32,000 nucleotides of DNA from the NCBI RefSeq assembly GCF_900232105.1, contig NZ_LT934425.1, forward strand, positions 3,570,001-3,602,000. Reading direction: 5' to 3'. A program made the translations under genes and the position numbers. Below, in pieces: positions 9,871-21,141 of this stretch (within the stretch, counting starts at the first letter, position 1; each line of letters opens with the position of its first letter). The notes beneath the pieces were generated by a model. The model made no database searches. It was not told where the DNA came from and was given only the letters and a program-made list of their open reading frames with translations. This stretch comes from Candidatus Kuenenia stuttgartensis. GTDB lineage: Bacteria; Planctomycetota; Brocadiia; Brocadiales; Brocadiaceae.

Positions 9871-10449
9871 GATGCTTTATACCTTTGGCAACTTGACCTG
9901 AAAAAATTTTAAATGAGCTACAAAGATTGTGCAGCTATGCTGCCATTCAGAAAAGAATTTTAAATTTAAGTAGTACGATTGGCAAACTATGAAATTCATT
10001 ACCGAGAGAAGAAAAAAAGGACGGTTTATTAATGGGTCTGCTTCGCTTGGCCACTCCTATATGATTACTCCATTCAGCATGACGAACTGGCTGCCGATTA
10101 AACTTCTTGTAAAACGTTTAATCCACTGAATCGTCACCGCATTACATTCTCATCGTCAGCATGCTTAAGAAACACTATAATTGTTGCCCGGGAATGAATA
10201 TACTCAAGAGGCTTACAATTTGTGATTTATAGACAATGTCGTCGCAGTTCAACACAGACAAACAAAGTTTGTCCATGCTACCCTATTTTCAATTTAAAAT
10301 TCATATTTTATGGGCATCTTTAGTATAGTATAAGCCCTTACCTTAAAAATTAAGTTTCATTTTCAATCTTGTATATTTTTATTTTTACATAGAACCGTAG
10401 AGAAGTTATAGAGTCCTGTTGTAATTCATATACAGAAGAGGGGTATTGT

Positions 10450-11040
10450 GTGCAAGTAAGAAAATCTACGAAGATCAGGAGACAGCAGATTGTAGACATT
10501 ATTCGGGCTATTATTTCTTCTAAAGGGATTGAACATGTTACCATAAGCGAAATAGCTGGAGAAATGGGAACCACCAAAGGGGCTATTTACCGGCATTTTA
10601 AGAGTAAAAGGGATATACTGCGCTTATTGATAGATAATGTAGAAGAAGCCCTTATGGATACTGTTGACAATGCAATGACGGATGAAAACCCCATTCAAAA
10701 TTTAAATAATATTTTACTTGCACAACTTACTTTAGCCAAAAATCGTCGGAAGACTTCCTTTGTTGTTATTATGGGAGCCATGCAGTTTAGCGATCCAATC
10801 ATACGCAAAAAGATATTAGCGCTTATCCAGAAGTACCTGCGGAAAATAGAGAAACTGCTTTTAAGCGGCGTAAAATTGGGATTAATAAAAAAGGACATCA
10901 ATCCCAGGATATCTGCTATGGCTTTTATGGGGCTTATCCAATCTACTGTAAGCGTGTGGTCATATAAAGATTTTAATTTCGTACCAAAAAAAATGCATAA
11001 GCAGCTATGGAATATTTATCAACATGGACTTGGGCTTTAA
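10450..11040 (+). CDS. TetR/AcrR-family transcriptional regulator
   Basis: N-terminal HTH: IVDIIRAIISSKGIEHVTISEIAGEMGTTKGAIYRHFKSKRDILRLLI. Confidence 0.92.
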   Translation: MQVRKSTKIRRQQIVDIIRAIISSKGIEHVTISEIAGEMGTTKGAIYRHFKSKRDILRLLIDNVEEALMDTVDNAMTDENPIQNLNNILLAQLTLAKNRRKTSFVVIMGAMQFSDPIIRKKILALIQKYLRKIEKLLLSGVKLGLIKKDINPRISAMAFMGLIQSTVSVWSYKDFNFVPKKMHKQLWNIYQHGLGL

Positions 11041-11053
11041 TCTTTGCACATAG

Positions 11054-11917
11054 TTATGTGAAATCATTCAGTACTATGTCGCTTATATCTATATTTTCTA
11101 TCTGTTCTTCCACGAGGGGTGACTTTTCCGAAAGCCCGGTCTTTTCTTCAAAGGTCTTTTTTTCTGCCCTGTAAATTATACCAATGGGGATCCTGTCTCC
11201 CCATTCACAGGACTTCTGAAAAGCAAGCATCCTGTCTTCCGGATTGTATGATTCATCATCGTTAACTTTATAAATTCTTTTAGAATACCATCCGAAGGTG
11301 TTCTTTTTATTAAATGATACGCAGGGCTGCAATACATCTATGAGAGCGAAACCTTTATATTTTATTCCTTCAAGGATGAGCCAGGAAAGATGCTCATAAT
11401 CTGCAGCATATCCCCTTGCAACAAATCCTGCCCCAATAGCAATCGCCATTTCCAGGGGACAAAGAGGTTCTTCAATTACCCCTTCAGGTTGGAATTTTGT
11501 TTGATATCCCGGATCTGTTGTTGGTGATGCCTGCCCTTTTGTAAGGCCGTATATTTGGTTATCGTGAACTATTAACGTTATGTCTAAATTTCTTCGTATA
11601 TTATGAATAAAGTGATTTCCACCTTCACCGTAACAGTCACCATCTCCGGTAGTAATCACTACTGTTAATTTGTGATTTGCAATTTTTGCTGCAACGGCAA
11701 CCGGCAGTGCCCTTCCATGAAGACCGTTAAAACAGTTGCATCTGATATAGTGGGGTAGTTTTGCAGCCTGGCCTATTCCGGAAACAAATAAGACATCTTT
11801 CAAATCCCTGCCAAGTTTGGCAACAGATTTTTTTACCGCAGTAAGGATACCGAAATTACCACACCCGGGGCACCAGGCTATCTCATCGCTGCTTTTAATA
11901 TCCTGAACTTCTACCAT
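11054..11917 (-). CDS. korB: 2-oxoacid:ferredoxin/acceptor oxidoreductase, beta subunit
   Basis: WCPGCGNFGIL and TPP-binding GDGDCYGEGGNHFIHNIRRN motifs. Substrate assignment (2-oxoglutarate vs pyruvate) uncertain. Confidence 0.88.
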   Translation of the reverse strand: MVEVQDIKSSDEIAWCPGCGNFGILTAVKKSVAKLGRDLKDVLFVSGIGQAAKLPHYIRCNCFNGLHGRALPVAVAAKIANHKLTVVITTGDGDCYGEGGNHFIHNIRRNLDITLIVHDNQIYGLTKGQASPTTDPGYQTKFQPEGVIEEPLCPLEMAIAIGAGFVARGYAADYEHLSWLILEGIKYKGFALIDVLQPCVSFNKKNTFGWYSKRIYKVNDDESYNPEDRMLAFQKSCEWGDRIPIGIIYRAEKKTFEEKTGLSEKSPLVEEQIENIDISDIVLNDFT

Positions 11918-11918
11918 A

Positions 11919-13631
11919 TTATATCTCCTGTCTGATTTGCTGGATAAGAAAGTCTAAATTAAAAGGTCTGCCATCAAATTTTAATATAGATCTATTGGCT
12001 TGAATCCCGGTTTCCCGTTTTAATAATCTTGCAAGTTGGGCTCCGGCATTGTTTTCTACCACAACGGTGTTTTTCGCTCCCTTCAGTAATTCAATCATAT
12101 CGGCAGATGGGAAAGGCCAGACTTGAGGCAGATGAATGTACCCTATTTTTTTATCAGCGATTGATTCCTTTGTTTCTTTTAATACACCGTAGGTAGAACC
12201 GAAACCAATGAGAATACAATCGGCGCCTTCTACATCAAACGCTTTGGGTTTCTCTATTTCGTTCGAAAGGCCTGCCATCTTTTTATAAAATCTTTTTTCA
12301 ACCATCATTGTGCGTATCCCCGCATCTTCGGTTATGTGCCCTTCTTCTGTATGCTCATCACTGTCTGCATAGACAGGCTCTTCTATCCATGAGGGTATTG
12401 CCCTGGGAGAAATGCCTGATTCGGTGATTTGATATCGTTTATAATCTTTCACATTTTTAGACTCTTCCTTTGATAAAATATATCTTTGTACTTTTATTTT
12501 ATCCAAATCAAACATTTCGATATTTCTATAAGAGTCTGTTAAATGCTGGTCTGACATGATAATTACAGGTATCTGGTATTTTTCTGCCAGATTAAAGGCT
12601 TTTATTGTTAAGTAAAATGCCTCTTCTATTGAACCGGGCGAGAATATGAGCCTTGCAAATTCGCCATGACCTGCAGAAATGAGAAAATCCAGGTCTCCCT
12701 GTTCTGTTCGTGTGGGGAGACCGGTTGCGGGGCCTGGTCTCTGCCCTTCATAAATTACAATGGGGGTTTCCGTCATACCGGCAAGGCTTAAGCCTTCTAC
12801 CATAAGGGCAAATCCCCCGCCGGAAGTACCAGTCATTGACCGCACCCCTGCAAAGGATGCCCCGATTATCATGTTTATTGCTGCAATCTCATCTTCTGCC
12901 TGTTCGACAACCATGTTAAATCTTTTTGCATATTGTGCCATAAGGTTTGCAAGGCCGGTGGAAGGCGTCATGGGGTATGCAGAATAGAATTTACACCCTG
13001 CTTTAATTGCACCTAATCCTATTGCATCACTCGCGGTCATTAAAAGGGTGTCTTTCGCACTGCCTTTTTTTATTTTGAAGATATCCCGTTTAAAATTATT
13101 TTTGGCAAAATCATATCCGGCATGAGCGGTTTCTCTGTTTTTTTCTATGAGATCCTTTTTCTTATCGGCGAATGCAGTTCTTAATACATTATCTACGTAG
13201 CTAAAGTTCACGCCGGTCATTTCTGCCAAAAATCCACAAGCAACTGAATTAACAAATATTTCGTCCCCTCCAACCTCCTTTGCTATGTTGTACATAGGGA
13301 TATCAAAAAATGTGCTATCTTCTTCAGTAATATTAAATCTCTTTTTATCGAGGACAATTACCCCGTTTTTTGATATATCTTTTCTGTGGAGATTAACGCT
13401 TTTATTATCAAAGGCTACCATGATGTCGGAGTTTTGGCGTAGTGTATGGAGGTGTTTATCTGAGATTCTTATTTGATAAAAATTATTACCCCCCCGTATC
13501 CTTGACATGTAATCCTGGGCAGCAAAAATATAGAACCCGGCATTTTTGAACATATTACATAATGCCCCTCCTACAGTTTGCAATCCCTGGCCTGCTTCAC
13601 CGGCAATTTTTATTGTAAGCTCATTATCCAT
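11919..13631 (-). CDS. korA: 2-oxoacid:ferredoxin/acceptor oxidoreductase, fused gamma-alpha subunit
   Basis: N-terminal gamma domain (IKIAGEAGQGLQTVGG), then alpha domain (GCKFYSAYPMTPSTGL, GTSGGGFALMVEGLSLAGMTETPIV). Directly adjacent to the beta gene. Confidence 0.9.
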   Translation of the reverse strand: MDNELTIKIAGEAGQGLQTVGGALCNMFKNAGFYIFAAQDYMSRIRGGNNFYQIRISDKHLHTLRQNSDIMVAFDNKSVNLHRKDISKNGVIVLDKKRFNITEEDSTFFDIPMYNIAKEVGGDEIFVNSVACGFLAEMTGVNFSYVDNVLRTAFADKKKDLIEKNRETAHAGYDFAKNNFKRDIFKIKKGSAKDTLLMTASDAIGLGAIKAGCKFYSAYPMTPSTGLANLMAQYAKRFNMVVEQAEDEIAAINMIIGASFAGVRSMTGTSGGGFALMVEGLSLAGMTETPIVIYEGQRPGPATGLPTRTEQGDLDFLISAGHGEFARLIFSPGSIEEAFYLTIKAFNLAEKYQIPVIIMSDQHLTDSYRNIEMFDLDKIKVQRYILSKEESKNVKDYKRYQITESGISPRAIPSWIEEPVYADSDEHTEEGHITEDAGIRTMMVEKRFYKKMAGLSNEIEKPKAFDVEGADCILIGFGSTYGVLKETKESIADKKIGYIHLPQVWPFPSADMIELLKGAKNTVVVENNAGAQLARLLKRETGIQANRSILKFDGRPFNLDFLIQQIRQEI

Positions 13632-13986
13632 AAATAGTTACCTCGATAGTATATTTGGTGGTCTCACCCCTTGTAGATTATTTCAAATTTCAATTTATTT
13701 TGTCCTGGTGGAAATTCAATCCTTTCATGAGAAAAGGTGAAAAAGGAATGGGAAATTTGTTAAGGCAAGTATAATATGCACGTTATCAAATATGATTGTT
13801 CACTGCAAGGATAATTGACAGCGTGGGATTTTGAGGGAAAAAAGAAAAATTACGCAGAAAAAGTGAGGGGTATGGCTAAAATGTGAAGAATGGTACATGG
13901 CACAGAAGTGTAATATCGTAGAGGAGACCCTTTGTGGTCGCCCGACTATATGTTACCTGGAATATAATTTATAAGCGAGAAAGACC

Positions 13987-16311
13987 GTGAATTCAAAAAA
14001 CCAAAAACCGTCGATGTATGACGTATCAAATTTTACCATTCGTGATATGACGGAATGTTGTAAAGTAGTACGCACTATTGGCAAAGGTGCAAAAAACATG
14101 GAAGAAGTTGCCAATAGCATTGTTAATCATTTATACGTCAATTTGATTGATGGGCAGAGCGGCAATAAGGCATGTTCGCTGGTTCGTTTTTTCAAAACGC
14201 ATACATTTGCAAAGCTCGACCCTGAACTTCAAAACTTTTCAAAAAATGTGTCAGGAAATAGTACTGTTTTCCCGGAGACGAAGTGCCTGACCCTCCTGGC
14301 GACCGTTGGTGAAAACCCGGCGTGGAATTCCAGAAAAACCTCAAAAGGGCACAGGGCGATTCCGCTTTTAAGCGAAGAGATGGTAGATCAGATTCCGATG
14401 ATCAAAAACCTTATTGCGCAGTTGGGGTTAGATACAGACATGGTGATCAAGCCAGACCCACGGTTTCTGTTGAGTAAAAACGATAAAATGTATAACGTCT
14501 TTTGCATACCAGAGGCGCTTGGCAGCTCCTGTATTCCTGCGCAGAAAGAATTTGTTATTCCCTATGGGATAAAATCTGTTATAGGATTTGGAGGTCTGTT
14601 TCCTTCGGGTGATATCTTTGCGATCATTATGTATCTGAAATGTACCATTACTAACAAAGTGGCGGATCTTTTTAAAATCCTTGCGCCAAATGTAAAAATA
14701 GCGGTACTGCCGTTTGAAGATACTGTATTTGCTCAATCCGCAAAAGCTTTTGTGCGTACCGCAGAAATTCAAAAGCTCAAGGATCAAATAGTTGCCATGG
14801 AGCAACTGCTGGAGGTGTACGAACAAAGCGTAATTGTGCAAACAATGAAACTTCAGAAAGAAGTATCAGAGCATAAAGAGATTGGGGAAACATTAAAGGA
14901 CAGAGAACGGTTCCTGCAGACACTTATGGATGCAATTCCAGCCCCGGTATTTTATAAGGATGAACATGGTAAGTATATCGGCTGCAACAGCGCATTTGAG
15001 GATTTTTTAGGAATGCGGGAAGCAGAAATTATTGGCAAGACCGTCTATGATGTTGCTCCCACGGAGCTTGCAGATCGCTATCACGAAGCCGATACTGCAT
15101 TGTTTAATAGGAGGGGAAGTCAGGTTTACGAAACCGTAGTGAAACACAGCAAAGGCTCAGTGCATAACGTTCTTTTCCATAAAGCAGTTTTCAATGATAG
15201 GGAAGGCAAACTCGCCGGGTTGATTGGAGTTGTTCTGGATATTACCCAACGGAAGCTGGCTGAAGAAATGCTCCGACACAGGACAAATTTTGAAAAAACA
15301 GTTGCGGCGATCTCCAGGCGATTTATAACCCTTTCTGATTTTGATGCCGCTGTTAACGCTTCCCTGGCAGATGCCGGACGGTTGTGCAGGGCAGGAAGGG
15401 CATATCTCTTTAAGTCCCGGGACAACGGCACTATTATGGATAATACTCATGAGTGGTGTGATTCGGGGGTTACCGCTGAAATGAATAACCTTCAGAACAT
15501 TCCTGTTATTGCATTTCCCTGGTTAATAAAAAACTTACAGGAAGGTAAGGTCGTTCATGTTGAGGATGTTTCTGAAATGCCGGATGAAGCAATCGCAGAA
15601 AAAATTGAATTTGAGAGACAGTCTATTAAGTCAATATTGGTCCTGCCAATATATATAGAAAAAAAACTACTTGGATTTATTGGTTTTGACAACGTAAGGT
15701 CTACCGGCCAATGGTCTGAAGATGATGTGACACTGCTCAATATCATGTCAGAGATTTTGGGAAATGCAATAGCACGTGTTGAGTCGGAAAAACTCATCAG
15801 CCACATGGCATATCATGATGCCCTTACTAAATTACCCAACCGTAACCTCCTCTATGACCGATTGAAAGTGGCCATGGCACATGCAATTCGCAGTAAAAAC
15901 ATGGTTGCAATTATAATGCTTGATCTGGATGGGTTTAAAATGATTAACGACTCCTTCGGGCATCAAATGGGTGATTTATTACTCAAGGCTGTCGCAGAAC
16001 GGTTGATGCAATGTTTGCGGGAAGGAGATACAATTGCCCGTATGGGTGGTGATGAATTTATAATCGTCATTCCAGACCTTGCTCAGACAGAAGATGCCGC
16101 TCTGTTTGCGCAGAAAATTCTGGAGGCATTTCGCCTGCCCTTTCTTATTGAGAAGCACGAACTTCATACTACTGCCAGCATAGGTATCACCATCTTCCCC
16201 CTCTACGCAAATGATTCAGAAAGCTTATTTAAACAGGCAGATGTTGCCCTGTACCTTTCCAAGGCAAAGGGTAAAAATACCTATCAAATCTACAAACCTG
16301 GCGTTACTTAA
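13987..16311 (+). CDS. Multidomain sensor: unnamed N-terminal sensor domain, PAS, GAF and GGDEF diguanylate cyclase
   Basis: PAS (FLQTLMDAIPAPVFYKDEHGKYIGCN), GAF region, GGDEF (RMGGDEFIIVIP) with RxxD I-site (REGD) five residues upstream. Confidence 0.9.
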   Translation: MNSKNQKPSMYDVSNFTIRDMTECCKVVRTIGKGAKNMEEVANSIVNHLYVNLIDGQSGNKACSLVRFFKTHTFAKLDPELQNFSKNVSGNSTVFPETKCLTLLATVGENPAWNSRKTSKGHRAIPLLSEEMVDQIPMIKNLIAQLGLDTDMVIKPDPRFLLSKNDKMYNVFCIPEALGSSCIPAQKEFVIPYGIKSVIGFGGLFPSGDIFAIIMYLKCTITNKVADLFKILAPNVKIAVLPFEDTVFAQSAKAFVRTAEIQKLKDQIVAMEQLLEVYEQSVIVQTMKLQKEVSEHKEIGETLKDRERFLQTLMDAIPAPVFYKDEHGKYIGCNSAFEDFLGMREAEIIGKTVYDVAPTELADRYHEADTALFNRRGSQVYETVVKHSKGSVHNVLFHKAVFNDREGKLAGLIGVVLDITQRKLAEEMLRHRTNFEKTVAAISRRFITLSDFDAAVNASLADAGRLCRAGRAYLFKSRDNGTIMDNTHEWCDSGVTAEMNNLQNIPVIAFPWLIKNLQEGKVVHVEDVSEMPDEAIAEKIEFERQSIKSILVLPIYIEKKLLGFIGFDNVRSTGQWSEDDVTLLNIMSEILGNAIARVESEKLISHMAYHDALTKLPNRNLLYDRLKVAMAHAIRSKNMVAIIMLDLDGFKMINDSFGHQMGDLLLKAVAERLMQCLREGDTIARMGGDEFIIVIPDLAQTEDAALFAQKILEAFRLPFLIEKHELHTTASIGITIFPLYANDSESLFKQADVALYLSKAKGKNTYQIYKPGVT

Positions 16312-16672
16312 ATTCTGCAATCGATATTAACCCTTCCTTTTGCTGGTTGTATTCCACAAATACTGAAGCCCATGCCCTGAGTAGCCTTCTTTTGGACAAC
16401 AGTAATTTTGTATTCCATATACATTAAAGGCACACCAATCCTGGAGAGTTACCCTGACCCTCCAGTTGCAGCACAAGCTGGCGATGATTGAGTTTTCAAG
16501 TGAGGTTTCGTTTGAACTGAACAATGGCGCCGTGTATAATGCACCGGTCTATTTCGTATTATCCGCTAGGAGGTTACGGAAGCATATGCAGACACCTGCA
16601 GGGTTAAATTGTCCGGTGTTGAAGTTCAAGAGGCGTTGCTGCAAAAAAACACTAATTTTACGGGAGAAAAAA

Positions 16673-17479
16673 ATGAAAAAGGGGCCAAAAATTCTAATAT
16701 CGATTTTGGTGGTGCTGGTTGTTTTGATAGCGGTTGTTGCGCTGCTTACCAAGTTGTTCGGCGACCGCGCATTGAAGGTGGGGATCGAGGCCGGCGCCGA
16801 ACGATCGATGCAGGTTGGGGTACATCTTGATGATGTATCGCTGTCGATTTTCGGTGGAACGTTGAATTTAAAAAACCTCATCGTCGATAACCCGGAAGGC
16901 TATCAGCATCCCAATGTGCTGAAGGTTGGCAATACCTATATTTCCGTTAATATTCGTACCCTCTTGAGCGATACGGTGGAGGTTAAAAAAATCCAACTGG
17001 ATGATGTCTACCTGACCATCGAACAAAAGGGACTGACCAACAATCTTCGGCATATCCTCAATAATCTGCCCAAGGACGACGCCACGGACGAGCCCGGCAA
17101 AAATCTTCTCATCAAGGAACTCCAGATCAATGGCGTGACCGTCGAGGCCAAACTGCTGCCGATACGTGGACAGTCCGACACTGTTAGGCTGAGTGTTGCG
17201 CCTATGACGCTTACCAATCTCGGAACCAACGAAGATATTAATGTGGCCAAATTGACTGACATTATTTTGGAGACTATCGCCAGGAGTGTAATGGAACAGG
17301 GTAAAGGTCTGCTGCCGCTGGATATGATTAACGACATTGGCAAGGGCGTGCTGGGAGTGGGAACCGAACTGTTTCAGCATGGTACAGGTGTGGGTAAAGG
17401 CATCCTCGAAGGGGCCGGCGACGTCGGCAAAGGGGCAACCGATGCCATTCGCGGCATTTTCCAGCGCAAGAAAGAATGA
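16673..17479 (+). CDS. AsmA-like / periplasmic membrane-anchored protein
   Basis: ATG 16673 after GGGAG; N-terminal TM; LDDVSLSIFGGTLNLKNLIVDNPEGY resembles AsmA N-terminal repeats. Confidence 0.75.
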   Translation: MKKGPKILISILVVLVVLIAVVALLTKLFGDRALKVGIEAGAERSMQVGVHLDDVSLSIFGGTLNLKNLIVDNPEGYQHPNVLKVGNTYISVNIRTLLSDTVEVKKIQLDDVYLTIEQKGLTNNLRHILNNLPKDDATDEPGKNLLIKELQINGVTVEAKLLPIRGQSDTVRLSVAPMTLTNLGTNEDINVAKLTDIILETIARSVMEQGKGLLPLDMINDIGKGVLGVGTELFQHGTGVGKGILEGAGDVGKGATDAIRGIFQRKKE

Positions 17480-17954
17480 CCTCCTTTCGATTGACGATTG
17501 AGTCGGTATATAATGGAACGTCCCGGCGGTTTTCCCCTTTCTTGAAGAATCGAAGCATCGAATCCTCATACGCACCCAGAAGTCTTGTTTTTGGTTATAA
17601 CATGATATTCTCCGGTGAAATAAGGGGAATAAAAAGGTATACCTTCTGTTCTTTTTTGTATTGTTTAAAACCCTTCAAAATCGTTTTTTTCGTGTTATTT
17701 TTGATGTCATGCAGTAAAATTTATACCAAGATATTTGATATATTTTTTTACCACATTATTTTTCAGTTTCAAATTCCATGGGTATTTTGTTAATATAACC
17801 GCGATTGAAATTTTGTAGCGGCCTGGAAATAATTATTGATAACAAATGCATGCAAAAAGTGGCAACATGCCGGAAGAAATTGCATAAAATATTTCAATTA
17901 ATGAATATTAAGAAATACTGTAATATATTGTTAAAAAGTGACTTTTATACTAAT

Positions 17955-18028
<74 letters not shown>

Positions 18029-18040
18029 TTAAAAATACTT

Positions 18041-18682
18041 ATGATTGATTTGCACACACATACGCTATTTTCCGATGGTGTACTCTTGCCTTCCGAGCTT
18101 ATCCGCCGTTGCGAGGTAAAAGGTTTCCGGGGCCTGGCCATTACCGATCATGCAGATTACTCCAATATTGATATTGTAATACCCAATGTATTAAAAGCAT
18201 GTCAGGAAATAGCATCTACTACCAGGATGAAGGTGTGCGTAGGGGCTGAATTAACGCATGTCAGGCTGGAACATATAAAATTAATGGTTCAGAGAGCCAG
18301 AGAGTTGGGTGCGTGCATTGTTTTGGTTCATGGGGAGACAATTACGGAACCCGTTATTCCGGGCACAAACAGGGCGGCGATAGAGGCTGGCGCTGATATT
18401 TTGACGCATCCCGGGCTTATTTCCGTTGATGATGCTCGTTTGGCGAAAGAGAAGGGGGTAAGGCTTGAAATATCCGGCAGGAAAGGCCATGCATACGCAA
18501 ATGGCCACGTCGCCAAAATGGCAAAAAAGGTAGGGGCAAAGCTTGTTATCGGTTCAGATTCTCATGCGCCGGGTGATTTGTTGGACCGTGCGTATGCTGA
18601 ATTGATTATTCGTGCAGCAGGTTTGGACGATGATGATATTGAAAATATTTTTAGAGAAGCAGAAACTTTAATTGATTTATAA
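18041..18682 (+). CDS. PHP-domain phosphoesterase (histidinol-phosphatase-like)
   Basis: DLHTHTLFSDG, ITDHADYSN, LVHGE, DILTHPGLI and IGSDSHAP metal-binding motifs. Confidence 0.88.
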   Translation: MIDLHTHTLFSDGVLLPSELIRRCEVKGFRGLAITDHADYSNIDIVIPNVLKACQEIASTTRMKVCVGAELTHVRLEHIKLMVQRARELGACIVLVHGETITEPVIPGTNRAAIEAGADILTHPGLISVDDARLAKEKGVRLEISGRKGHAYANGHVAKMAKKVGAKLVIGSDSHAPGDLLDRAYAELIIRAAGLDDDDIENIFREAETLIDL

Positions 18683-18695
18683 AAGAGAAAGAAAA

Positions 18696-19346
18696 ATGAC
18701 TGATACAAAATCTGACATACTTGGGGTGTTAAATAAATATAAAATTTTCATTGGTATAGGCGTTGCGGTTGTTATTTCTATTGCAGCAGTGACGGTAACT
18801 TTCGTTAAAGCAAAGTCCAGAAAAGATGAAACCGCATGGCAGAGTATGTGGAGAATCAATAGCGATCTTGCAATGGCTGCTCAGGCAGGGAAAACCGAAA
18901 AAGATAAAAACGAGGCATTGAACAATGCCATTGAATCATTCGAATACATCGAGGAGGCTTTGGCGTCTTCCGGCACAACGCCATGGATATTATTTCAGAA
19001 GGGCAATGTTTATTATGAGTTGAAAAACTATGATGAAGCGATTCGTGCTTATAATGATTTTTTGCAAAGATACAGCGGCCATCCCATTGCTTTCCTTGCG
19101 AAACAATCGCTGGGATATGCATATGAAGAAAAAGGACTTTTAGAGGAAGCCTGTAATCAATTTAATGACAACCTGCTATCGAATAAGGTTTTTCTTTTAG
19201 CGCAACAGGGGTGGGACGCAGGCCGTTGCTACGATAAATTAGGTCAAAAGGAGAATGCCATTCTCAATTACAACAAGGCAGTGGAGGCAGAACCGGATAG
19301 TATTTGGGCGTCTCTTTCGCGGTACCGTTTATCGGTAATCAAATAA
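18696..19346 (+). CDS. Membrane-anchored TPR protein
   Basis: N-terminal TM (KIFIGIGVAVVISIAAVTVTF) followed by TPR-like repeats (YELKNYDEAIRAYNDFLQRY...; YDKLGQKENAILNYNKAVEAEP). Confidence 0.8.
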   Translation: MTDTKSDILGVLNKYKIFIGIGVAVVISIAAVTVTFVKAKSRKDETAWQSMWRINSDLAMAAQAGKTEKDKNEALNNAIESFEYIEEALASSGTTPWILFQKGNVYYELKNYDEAIRAYNDFLQRYSGHPIAFLAKQSLGYAYEEKGLLEEACNQFNDNLLSNKVFLLAQQGWDAGRCYDKLGQKENAILNYNKAVEAEPDSIWASLSRYRLSVIK

Positions 19347-19351
19347 ATATA

Positions 19352-20350
19352 ATGTTGCAGGAAAGCCAGGCACACGTTAAAGAAGTAACATTGGAAATAA
19401 AGAGGGTAGGTGAAAGTAAAAGAATAGACAGATTTATTTCTTCCCGCTTTCCTGACCTTTCGAGGACGTATATACAAAAACTAGTAAAAGAGGGTGCAAT
19501 TGTTGTAAATGGAAACGTCGTCAAAAGCAGTTATTTCATAAAAAAAGGCGACGTGATTTCCGCTACCGTTCCTGTGCCGGAAGAGACCAAAATTACACCG
19601 GAAGACATCCCTCTGAATATCATCTACGAAGATGATTATTTAATGTTGATTAACAAACCATATGATATGGTAGTACACCCTGCAGGAGGGCATCCTTCCG
19701 GTACTCTTGTGAATGCAGTTACTTTTTATTGCCAAAATCTCTCTCAGATTAACGGACCCCTGAAAGCGGGTATCGTTCACCGGTTGGATAGAGATACAAG
19801 CGGGGTAATGCTTGTGATAAAAAGCGATGCTGTACACTCCCACATTGCAATGCAGTTTGAGAAAAGACTTGTGAAAAAGGAATATTTTGCAGTTGTAGAG
19901 GGCGAGGTGGCATTTGATTCCAATGAAATAAATATGCCGATAGGACGGCATAGAGTTGACAGACAAAAGATGGCGGTAAGAAGGGATACGGGAAAAAACG
20001 CAACTTCAGTTTACGAGGTAATCGAGCGTTTTCGAGGCTATACGTTGGTGAAGATAATGCCAAAGACGGGGAGAACACATCAAATTCGTGTTCATATGCA
20101 GGCAATAGGGCATCCGGTTGTTGCAGATGAAATGTACAGTAAATACAATGCTTGTTTTCGCTCGGATTTGCTTGGTAAGGAAAGGGCTCCTGACGAAGGG
20201 TCAATAATTGAAAGACAGGCGCTTCATGCACACAGAATTGAATTTTTCCACCCGATTCTGAACAAACAAATGGCTTTTCAGGTAGATATGGCTGAAGATA
20301 TCTCTTTTTTGGTTAGCGCACTTCGGGAATTAAGGCCATTACGGAAATGA
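19352..20350 (+). CDS. rluD: RluA/RluD-family 23S rRNA pseudouridine synthase
   Basis: S4 domain plus catalytic GIVHRLDRDTSGVMLV and GRTHQIRVHM motifs. Exact paralogue name uncertain. Confidence 0.88.
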   Translation: MLQESQAHVKEVTLEIKRVGESKRIDRFISSRFPDLSRTYIQKLVKEGAIVVNGNVVKSSYFIKKGDVISATVPVPEETKITPEDIPLNIIYEDDYLMLINKPYDMVVHPAGGHPSGTLVNAVTFYCQNLSQINGPLKAGIVHRLDRDTSGVMLVIKSDAVHSHIAMQFEKRLVKKEYFAVVEGEVAFDSNEINMPIGRHRVDRQKMAVRRDTGKNATSVYEVIERFRGYTLVKIMPKTGRTHQIRVHMQAIGHPVVADEMYSKYNACFRSDLLGKERAPDEGSIIERQALHAHRIEFFHPILNKQMAFQVDMAEDISFLVSALRELRPLRK

Positions 20351-20494
20351 ACAAGAAAATGTGAAATGTGTTTATATGATAAAATGTTTAATAAACGATA
20401 TTTTTAAAATAATTTTGAAAATAAATATATTGATTTCTAATAGTCTGGTAGTATATTTTACTGACGTTAAATTTTTATAGAAGGAGTTATTGAT

Positions 20495-20728
20495 ATGTTT
20501 GGTATGCCAGGTGGTTGGGAGTGGATTATTATCCTGATTGTGGCAATTCTTATTTTTGGGAAAAGACTTCCGGAGGTAATGAAATCCTTGGGGAAGGGAA
20601 TTGTCGAGTTTAAAAAAGGGGTAAAGGGAGTTGAAGACGACGTGGAAGATGTCAGCAGCAAGTCGCCACAGTCAAAGAAAAAAATAGACATCGAGAATGA
20701 TACTGCAAAGCAGGAAAAAAATAGTTAG
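20495..20728 (+). CDS. tatA: Sec-independent protein translocase TatA/B-like subunit
   Basis: Short N-terminal TM, FGKRLPEVMKSLGKGIVEFKKGV, acidic tail; GGAG SD upstream. Confidence 0.92.
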   Translation: MFGMPGGWEWIIILIVAILIFGKRLPEVMKSLGKGIVEFKKGVKGVEDDVEDVSSKSPQSKKKIDIENDTAKQEKNS

Positions 20729-21141
20729 TTTTATTTTGAAAAAGGATAATAAAAATGCGGGATAGAAGAAGACAAAGATTAGGCTGGAAGAGTAAGAGAG
20801 CAAATCATGGAAGAATGGGTACGAAGGGAAGAAGGGTAGGCAGGTACAAGTAATCAGAAGGCGTTTAACGATGCCGGCCCTTTTGTCTGGATGAAGCTTT
20901 CAGGAACAACAATATGTTGAATGTATAGTAAATTTTTATATAGGAATAATTTATTCTGTTAGTTTCGGAATTGAATTGTGCAGAGGTGTTTTTGATTAGA
21001 AAACGTAATAATGAGGCATGGCAGGTTCCAGAAAGATTTTGAACGCGAAAGACGTAAGAGAAAATTTACGAAAAATAGAAAAAAAAGTAATAATTTAGTT
21101 TTTTATAAAATTACAATAATAGCGATGTTTGCCGCACATTG

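Noticed and set aside
16327-16524. 65-aa minus-strand ORF with CCNWRVRV...WCAF...YCCPKEG
   Set aside because: Cys/Trp-rich but no recognisable domain; it overlaps the extended upstream part of the AsmA-like ORF, whose better start is 16673.
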